IMG/VR virus record: IMGVR_UViG_3300046697_000236
Coordinates: 1 to 58,275 of that record
DNA: 58,275 bases
Source of the DNA: a virus
Taxonomy: Duplodnaviria; Caudoviricetes
Strand: one strand, 5' to 3'
In this document: piece by piece, positions 39,717 through 46,134 of the stretch
Layout: every line of letters begins with the position of its first letter
Numbering within the stretch: the first letter of the stretch is position 1
The notes under the pieces: generated by a model
Told to the model about the DNA's origin: nothing
Databases searched by the model: none
What the model saw: only the letters and a program-made list of their open reading frames with translations
Program-made: the position numbers and the translations under genes

Positions 39717-39806
39717 TGTTTTAAGTTGTAAATAAATCCCACCGCACCCCTCTCAAAAAAACTTTTAAAATATTTAACTGCCCTTCGCTCGAAAACCCTA
39801 CGCACC

Positions 39807-39880
39807 AACATAACACCGTATATACGCTATTCTCCCACCCACAAGCAACGCACAACAGCGCATATACTTTTTCGTTAGGT
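39807..39880 (+). repeat. attC-like site 7
   Basis: AACATAAC-gtatatacgct...agcgcatatac-T-run-c-GTTAGGT. Confidence 0.8.
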
Positions 39881-39886
39881 GCAATA

Positions 39887-40786
39887 TTAAAAAATAGCCC
39901 CACCGCACATCGGCTTTTTCAAAGCCGTTTGGATAGCTACATCGTAAGTTACACCATTGTTTTTATAATTCATTCCTATTTCAAATGCTTTTGGTTGTGT
40001 TTCTTTTAATCTTATAAATCTATCGTCTTTGTGGCAACCAAATCCACAAATCATACAGCCTGTCTGTGTTTCTCCTTTGTCGTAAATTTCACAATACGGT
40101 ATTTTGTTTTGTTTTATAAAGTTCCATTTATCTTCATCAGTCCAAATACTTATCGGATAACTTGCAGGTCTATTCACTTCAAAAGCATTGCATCCAGTAG
40201 TTAAGTATTTTTGTAGTCTTAATCTGCTTTCATTTACAGAAGTTCCGATAATTGGAAATAGCTTATTTTCTTTTTCATACTTGTATGCAGGTCGCTTCTT
40301 TAAGTGGTAACAGCATTTTTCTGAAATATCAAATGGTGTATTTATTAAGTGTTGCCATTTATTTGATATTTTGCCCTGATTTCCTTTTCTGCCATTCAAT
40401 CTAAGTTCTAAAAGTTTTTCACTTTTTGTTGTTCTTGCTTCCCTTATGTATTGTGCCTGTTCTTTTGATATTAAGGGAAATCCACATTTTTCAATAACTG
40501 ATTTTAAATTCATTTCAGGCTGTATTTTCACACAGTCAATTTCTTTTATGAACTTATAAATCTCTGGAAATTCATTTGTAGTATTGAAAAATACTGCTTT
40601 AATATCAGGTTTAATAATCCTTGCTAAATGCAGTAATATTGTGCTGTCTTTACCTCCACTAAAAGAAACATAAGCATTTCCATTTGAGTAAGTCAAAGCA
40701 TTTTCAATAGTAAAAAGTGAATGGTCAATCTTTTGGTCAAGTGTCCAATTCAATCTTTCGTTTAATATTTCTCTTGTAATTATCAT
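39887..40786 (-). CDS. Cassette 8 PAPS reductase family protein
   Basis: SFSGGKDS PP-loop, SEKCC and TGCMICGFG Cys motifs. Confidence 0.85.
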   Translation of the reverse strand: MIITREILNERLNWTLDQKIDHSLFTIENALTYSNGNAYVSFSGGKDSTILLHLARIIKPDIKAVFFNTTNEFPEIYKFIKEIDCVKIQPEMNLKSVIEKCGFPLISKEQAQYIREARTTKSEKLLELRLNGRKGNQGKISNKWQHLINTPFDISEKCCYHLKKRPAYKYEKENKLFPIIGTSVNESRLRLQKYLTTGCNAFEVNRPASYPISIWTDEDKWNFIKQNKIPYCEIYDKGETQTGCMICGFGCHKDDRFIRLKETQPKAFEIGMNYKNNGVTYDVAIQTALKKPMCGGAIF

Positions 40787-40835
40787 AATGTGAAAATAAA
40801 AATTTCCCACGCTTCGCTATTTTTTAAGTATTAAT

Positions 40836-42097
40836 GCAAAAGAAATCCCCTATCCCTTTAGGGTAGCGGGATGAATTTTGCCTGTTTTTGTTTGTTATTA
40901 TGGTTATTAATCGTATATTTGCATTGTGAGAGCGTATAAATTCAGAATATATACTACAAGAAAACAAGAGGAGTTGCTGCAATTCACTCTTAATCATTGC
41001 CGTTGGCTTTATAACACAGCGCTTCAACAGCGAAGGGATGTTTATAGGAGTACGGGCAAAAGCATTGGTTATTCCATCCAGCAAAACGAAATGCCTCTTT
41101 TGAAAGATCAGTTTCCCGAATACAGACAGATTCATTCTCAGGTCTTGCAGAGCGTTCTTAAACGTGTTGATCTGGCCTACCAAAGTTTCTTTCGCAGGAT
41201 TAAGCAAAAGGGAGAAAAAGCCGGATTTCCTCGCTTTCACGGCAAAGAACATTACGATAGCTTCACCTACCCCCAAAGTGGTTTTTCGTTTACTAAAGGC
41301 AAAAACAGGATTAATCTTTCCAAGATAGGACTGGTAAAAATTAAACTTCATAGACAAATTCCTCTTGGCACTCAAATAAAAACCTGCACAATTAAAAGAG
41401 AGAGCGATAAATGGTATGCCATTTTCTCCTGTATGCTTTCTAATCCAGCCCCAAAAAAGAAAGCCGTTACAAATGTTATCGGTATTGATCTGGGGTTGAC
41501 CGATTTTGCCGTATTGAGTAATGGAGAAGAAATTGCCAATCCCAAATATCTGAAACAGTCTGAGGATAAACTTAAAGAAATTCAAAGCAAGTACTCTAAA
41601 GGTAAAAGCAAGAAGGTTAAACGACAGATTGGTAATCTTTATCATAAAATCACTAATCAGCGCAACGATTTTCAGCACAAACTTTCTTATAAATTGGTAA
41701 ATACTTTTGATCTTATTGCTTATGAAGATTTGAAAATAAAACAAATGATTGAAGATAATAAATTCAATCTTCAAAAACATATTTCCGATGCCGCTTGGGG
41801 TAAATTTATTTTTATGCTTAAATACAAAGCTGAAAACGCTGGTAAGTATTGCATAGCAGTAAATCCAAAAGGCACAACGCAAAGGTGCAGTCATTGTAAC
41901 TCTGTTGTGAAAAAAACGCTCTACGAACGCTCTCACAAGTGTCCTGCTTGCGGTTTTGAAACAACAAGGGACATCAATGCTGCACTGAACATTGAAAAGC
42001 TGGGTATCAGCTTGGTTGATAAATCTGTATGTTCTGATATAGTTCATCCTTTTTTGTTTTCCGAAGCCGCTTCGCCTTTAGGCAAGCGGTAGTTCAC
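40836..42097 (+). mobile_element. IS200/IS605-family element, TnpB only (IS1341-type), inserted in cassette 8
   Basis: Subterminal hairpins with ctttagg loops at both ends, right end ...ggtagTTCAC, upstream TTAAT; left boundary approximate. Confidence 0.8.
40926..42092 (+). CDS. tnpB: RNA-guided endonuclease TnpB
   Basis: AYKFRIY HTH, GIDLG / YEDL / RDINAALNI RuvC motifs, CSHC..CPAC zinc ribbon; TATATTTG promoter just upstream. Confidence 0.93.
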   Translation: MRAYKFRIYTTRKQEELLQFTLNHCRWLYNTALQQRRDVYRSTGKSIGYSIQQNEMPLLKDQFPEYRQIHSQVLQSVLKRVDLAYQSFFRRIKQKGEKAGFPRFHGKEHYDSFTYPQSGFSFTKGKNRINLSKIGLVKIKLHRQIPLGTQIKTCTIKRESDKWYAIFSCMLSNPAPKKKAVTNVIGIDLGLTDFAVLSNGEEIANPKYLKQSEDKLKEIQSKYSKGKSKKVKRQIGNLYHKITNQRNDFQHKLSYKLVNTFDLIAYEDLKIKQMIEDNKFNLQKHISDAAWGKFIFMLKYKAENAGKYCIAVNPKGTTQRCSHCNSVVKKTLYERSHKCPACGFETTRDINAALNIEKLGISLVDKSVCSDIVHPFLFSEAASPLGKR

Positions 42098-42103
42098 TAC
42101 AGA

Positions 42104-42234
42104 CACCTAACACGTGCTATAAGCAATAGCGGGTTCGCTGGTTATTTGAAGTTCTGTATCTCGTTCAATCATTTATTGTAATTTGAAAGTTTATCACTCG
42201 TATTCCGCTACTGCTCAGAGCACCACCGTTAGCA
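42104..42234 (+). repeat. attC-like site 8
   Basis: CACCTAAC-gtgctataagcaatagcgg...ccgctactgctcagagcac-cacc-GTTAGCA. Confidence 0.85.
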
Positions 42235-42240
42235 GTAATA

Positions 42241-43089
42241 CTACATTCCATCTCCGAATAAAGTTTTCTGCGTTAAATCTTTTTCTTTTCTTTTTTCTCC
42301 CGCCCTTTTTAAAATCAAATCAATATTACTTTGTTCTTTATCAATTAGTAGGTAGTTTCTATTTGTATCAATGCAAACAAGTCCAGTAGTTCCACTTCCT
42401 GCAAAGCAATCCACTATCAAATCACCTTCGTTGCTAAAACTTTTTACAAAAAACTCAACCAACTTTTCAGGGAATGTTGCTGAATGGTCGCTCTTTAAAG
42501 TAAATTGGTTGCTTACATTATTTACGTTTACAACATTTGAAGGTCTTGCAAATTCAAGGTTTCTTATATTGGTTGTGTTCATTCCTGTCATACCACTTCC
42601 GTTTTTTGGCGCACCACATTGTTTTCTGTATGTTCTTGCAATACTTTCTTCCTTCATTGGCGTTCCGCAAGCAATCGGGTTAAATGTTATTTGGTTTGGG
42701 TTTCCTTTTGTAAAGTGGTAAACAGGCTCAAAAGCGTTTTTAAACCTACCTTTCAAACTACCTGGAAATGCGTTTTTAGTCCAGCAATATTCTTCTACAA
42801 ATAAAAATCCAAGTTCCTTTTTTAGCATAATAACCAATTCAAAAACGTATAAACTTCTTTCTCCTTTATTGGTATGCGGTTTTATATTCAAAAAGAAACT
42901 ACCAGTTGGCTTTAAAACCCGTTTAACCTCAATCGCAATAGGTTTGAACCACTCTAAATATTTATCTTCTGCAATACCACCATAGGTATTTTTTCTCCTA
43001 TCTGCATAAGGTGGCGAAGTAAATACCATATCCACGCTATTGTCAGCAAGTTTTTTTAGTTCGTTTTCACTATATCCGTGTATTATCAT
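42241..43089 (-). CDS. Cassette 9 beta-class N4-C/N6-A DNA methyltransferase
   Basis: FTSPPY, HSATFP and DCFAGSGTTG motifs; start probably MIIHG. Confidence 0.88.
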   Translation of the reverse strand: MIIHGYSENELKKLADNSVDMVFTSPPYADRRKNTYGGIAEDKYLEWFKPIAIEVKRVLKPTGSFFLNIKPHTNKGERSLYVFELVIMLKKELGFLFVEEYCWTKNAFPGSLKGRFKNAFEPVYHFTKGNPNQITFNPIACGTPMKEESIARTYRKQCGAPKNGSGMTGMNTTNIRNLEFARPSNVVNVNNVSNQFTLKSDHSATFPEKLVEFFVKSFSNEGDLIVDCFAGSGTTGLVCIDTNRNYLLIDKEQSNIDLILKRAGEKRKEKDLTQKTLFGDGM

Positions 43090-43186
43090 ATTTTTAATTT
43101 TTTCAAAATTATTTTTGCCATCGCTCAAAAAAAGAAAAGAAAAAGGTTCGGTTCTTCGATTGAGCATTTGTGGTTTAAATCCGTAC

Positions 43187-43220
43187 TACTGCTAACATCG
43201 TGCTGAGAGGCGTAATGTAA
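43187..43220 (+). repeat. Left arm of attC-like site 9 (right arm not found)
   Basis: TACTGCTAAC is the reverse complement of GTTAGCAGTA at 42228. Confidence 0.6.
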
Positions 43221-43308
43221 AAACCAAGCAATGTTTTTATCTGTTTGCGTTTTAGAATTGTAACCAGTTATTTCTTTTTGTTTTGGTAATTTTTCTGTTG
43301 TTGTCATA

Positions 43309-43452
43309 TTATTTTAATGATTTTATTAATTCTTCCAGTTCATTTGTTTTTAATCCACGCAAGTATGCATCGCTATACCCTTTTTTTAACAACTCTTTTC
43401 TCATAGCAAGTCTGCGAGTATATTCCTTCCCGGCGTAAGTGCTTATCGGCAT
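43309..43452 (-). CDS. Small hypothetical protein (47 aa; not in ORF track)
   Basis: MPISTYAGKEYTRR...; fills the gap in the early operon. Confidence 0.45.
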   Translation of the reverse strand: MPISTYAGKEYTRRLAMRKELLKKGYSDAYLRGLKTNELEELIKSLK

Positions 43453-43455
43453 GTG

Positions 43456-43971
43456 CTATCGCTTAGATTTACCTTTGAATTCAATCTTCTGATTTTTTTC
43501 AACAAATTGTATTTCGCCGGATTGCAGTTGTTTTACGGTAGTATCAAAAGTACACGTATTGGCATATTGCTTCTGTTCCTTCCGATAAAAAAATGCCTTT
43601 CTTCCAATTTCGTCCCATTCTTTTTCTGTGGTAGTTCTATGATTCCACGCTATCATCCAGTCGGGTTCTTGATCCGCTTCTGCTTTTCTAAAAAACACCT
43701 TCTTAAAATTAACAATCAGTGTTTTGGAATTTAACTTATCTAATTCAATTGTTCCTCCGGCAATTTGAGCGAAAAATGTTACGAGCAAACCACGTCTATA
43801 GTTTCCGTAGCGGGATAAAACAAATTCCATAAATTCCGATAGCCATGTTGCGAAATGGGTTCCGTCTGGTTTTGCCTGCCCTATCGATACCATTGTTTTT
43901 GCCATAAGTTCCGCAATTATTTTTCTCAAGTCAATTTCTGGCAATTCTTTTATTTTTAAATTATTATCCAT
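43456..43971 (-). CDS. Hypothetical replication-associated protein
   Basis: Overlaps the end of the initiator-like gene. Confidence 0.5.
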   Translation of the reverse strand: MDNNLKIKELPEIDLRKIIAELMAKTMVSIGQAKPDGTHFATWLSEFMEFVLSRYGNYRRGLLVTFFAQIAGGTIELDKLNSKTLIVNFKKVFFRKAEADQEPDWMIAWNHRTTTEKEWDEIGRKAFFYRKEQKQYANTCTFDTTVKQLQSGEIQFVEKNQKIEFKGKSKR

Positions 43972-44725
43972 TTTGATAGTCTTTAATGAAATCCAAAGGA
44001 CTTCCGTTATTAAACTTACTTTCTGGTAGCGTGTATTTTAATTCTATTTCCCATGAACGCTGATGTAGAAATGTTTTTAAATGTTGCCACCCAGCAATAA
44101 AGGCCTTTTTTTCTTTTGCTTCTTCGCGTATCTTTATTTGATTTTCAATAATAAACTTAAGCCTTGGTAAAATCTCATTCCAATCTTTGTGTTTTTTAAA
44201 CTCAGCGAATTCTGTTTCTAATCCCCTCTTAGTACCTGGATATAATTTTCTAAACTCGTCAAAAATTAAAATACTATCTTGCTCTATTGTTTCTTGTTTA
44301 TTTGTTTCTTGTTTATTTGTTTCTTGTTTGTCTATATAGACCTTGCTTTGACCAATGCTTTGCCCGGTGCTTTGTCCTTGCTTTGCCCGGTGCTTAATGA
44401 ATGCTTTGTCCAGTGCTTTGTCTTTTTTTGGCATAGCATAAGTTATACTTATTATATTGGCAGAATATTGATTTTGAGACTTTTGAACCATTTTAAAGAA
44501 TCCCCAACTTATAAGATCATTAAAATACTTAATATAAGTCTGATGCTTCTTTATTCCTATTGCCTCCATAACCATCTGTGACGGAAACCCGAATTTCTCT
44601 TTATCTCCAAGTCTATTACAATGCTCTAATGCAAAAAAGTAAATAGCCGTATGACCTGGACTTATTTTCTCAGGGTTTTCAAAGCTGAAATTAAACCAAT
44701 TTCGTGATAAATCAAAAGAGTTCAT
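43964..44725 (-). CDS. Putative replication initiator (lambda O-like layout)
   Basis: N-terminal wHTH-like region, repeat-rich linker, FDEFRKLYP C-terminal domain. Confidence 0.65.
   Translation of the reverse strand: MNSFDLSRNWFNFSFENPEKISPGHTAIYFFALEHCNRLGDKEKFGFPSQMVMEAIGIKKHQTYIKYFNDLISWGFFKMVQKSQNQYSANIISITYAMPKKDKALDKAFIKHRAKQGQSTGQSIGQSKVYIDKQETNKQETNKQETIEQDSILIFDEFRKLYPGTKRGLETEFAEFKKHKDWNEILPRLKFIIENQIKIREEAKEKKAFIAGWQHLKTFLHQRSWEIELKYTLPESKFNNGSPLDFIKDYQNG
44286..44422. repeat. Iteron-like repeats; putative replication origin
   Basis: Three 15-bp tttgtttcttgttta-type units plus seven TGCTTTG-type boxes at 11-12 bp spacing (44344-44420). Confidence 0.65.
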
Positions 44726-44739
44726 ATTATAAATAATAA

Positions 44740-44888
44740 ACTCCACTAAAGAAAAAGCCATGTAGGAAAGCGTCAACAAACCTTTCATGGCTATTCGATA
44801 GTGGAGTATTTTGTTTAAGATTATTAAACTTATTCATTTGACACTTTTATGTTGACAAACATACAATTTTTATTTCAATCCACAAATT
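44740..44888 (-). promoter_or_regulatory. Promoter and structured leader of the replication gene
   Basis: TATGTTTG at 44856-44863; long hairpin actccacta/tagtggagt 44740-44807. Confidence 0.55.
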
Positions 44889-45074
44889 TTATTGGCACCA
44901 AATTATAACAGAATCGATAGTTGATTGATATTCACGATACACAACCGTATAGGTCGCTCCGTTATCCGCTATTAGCTTTTCGGTGATCCTAGGTGATTTT
45001 ACAGGATCTAATAGCAGACCATCAAAATGTATAGCTGAGTTTCCAATACATCGTACCTCAATAGTTTTTGCCAT
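44889..45074 (-). CDS. Hypothetical protein
   Basis: 61-aa ORF in early operon. Confidence 0.5.
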   Translation of the reverse strand: MAKTIEVRCIGNSAIHFDGLLLDPVKSPRITEKLIADNGATYTVVYREYQSTIDSVIIWCQ

Positions 45075-45079
45075 AAAAT

Positions 45080-45541
45080 TCAGTGTTTGATTATTTTCGC
45101 TAATGGTGTCTTATTAAATCGAATAATCACACACTGAGAATTATTTCTCCAAGACTTTCCCCAACGATGCCTCCAAAGACTTTTATACGCATCTTGAAGG
45201 TTAGGCGTCCATGTATTAATCCCATCAAAATAGTCGCCATATACCCTATAAGACCGAGTTAATCCGAATGTCTTACTATCAAGACCCTCGTCCATAGCCT
45301 CTCTCTCTGATATCGAGAAACAATTTCCTAAAGAAAAATCAAACTCCAGTTCCCCATTATTTAAACATCCAACCACTTTAGTAAATATATCTTTTGATGT
45401 TATCTCAACATATTGTGGTTTAAATATGTTATTAATCCATTCCCAAGAACCACCTGTACGGGGTACCGGAATCCTTAATTGCTTGATTTTACCGGAAAGT
45501 ATTTCTTTCCGAAGCTCCTGTGATATTAAATTTTTTCCCAT
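45080..45541 (-). CDS. ASCH-like phage protein
   Basis: ILSGK..QLR, ISEREAMDEG and LW...SW.NN motifs. Confidence 0.5.
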   Translation of the reverse strand: MGKNLISQELRKEILSGKIKQLRIPVPRTGGSWEWINNIFKPQYVEITSKDIFTKVVGCLNNGELEFDFSLGNCFSISEREAMDEGLDSKTFGLTRSYRVYGDYFDGINTWTPNLQDAYKSLWRHRWGKSWRNNSQCVIIRFNKTPLAKIIKH

Positions 45542-46005
45542 ATTTCATCTACTATTTTTTTGATTTCTGTATTATAAACCCTGTGTGTGTGTGTGTTAAT
45601 GCTAATATCGTTAGATATAGAAGTATGGCCAAACATAACCGTACAATGATCAAAGCCTCTGGGATTATATTCGCAGCTCAATGATTGCCCAATCTTAACC
45701 AAAGAAATCCTCATCTTGCCATTATTATTTATCTCAACCATAAAGTAATAGAATAAATGTCTACAAATTCTATACTCCGTCTTTCTATTTGGCATCATTG
45801 CGTGTTCTGGTTTTACGTTCATGTACTCACAGATCACTCTGAATATTTTTTTGGGATCATATCGTATGTGTGGATCATGCTCTCCCGTTAATCCCAATGA
45901 TTGACTTATCTTATTAGCCAACGCCTCTTCGTTCACCTCCTTGATTGGAGGAAGGTCAGATAACTTTAGTCCAAAATGTTCGAGATATGCTTCTAATATA
46001 CTCAT
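45526..46005 (-). CDS. Protein with DnaA C-terminal (domain IV) HTH-like domain
   Basis: VICEYMNV..NRKTE..CRHLFYY..SLVKIG..FDHCTV pattern. Confidence 0.65.
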   Translation of the reverse strand: MSILEAYLEHFGLKLSDLPPIKEVNEEALANKISQSLGLTGEHDPHIRYDPKKIFRVICEYMNVKPEHAMMPNRKTEYRICRHLFYYFMVEINNNGKMRISLVKIGQSLSCEYNPRGFDHCTVMFGHTSISNDISINTHTHRVYNTEIKKIVDEIWEKI

Positions 46006-46010
46006 AAAAT

Positions 46011-46133
46011 TTAATTATTTCGTTTTTCTACATAATCATCATATTCCTGATCTGGGTCGAACTCGTTTTCTTCTTCTTCCCCCGGTGGATTTAAGGGAAG
46101 GTCGGGCAGTGCTTCAAGGATTCCGTATCTCAT
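46011..46133 (-). CDS. Small acidic protein (40 aa; not in ORF track)
   Basis: MRYGILEALPDLPLNPPGEEEENEFDPDQEYDDYVEKRNN fills the operon gap. Confidence 0.45.
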   Translation of the reverse strand: MRYGILEALPDLPLNPPGEEEENEFDPDQEYDDYVEKRNN

Positions 46134-46134
46134 G

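Larger units (their letters stand above)
36173..43220 (+). mobile_element. Integron-like array of nine gene cassettes
   Basis: Cassettes start at 36173, 36458, 37071, 37738, 38124, 38727, 39066, 39875 and 42229; each start is reverse-complemented within the same cassette. Confidence 0.88.

Noticed and set aside
40824-42047. 407-aa minus-strand ORF
   Set aside because: Antisense shadow of tnpB with no recognisable motifs
36173-43220. CRISPR array or REP-type repeat family
   Set aside because: No constant repeat or spacer length; conservation is structural and specific to each cassette
45582-45596. (TG)7 tract as a phase-variation switch
   Set aside because: Short, in frame and near the gene 3' end; no evidence of length variation
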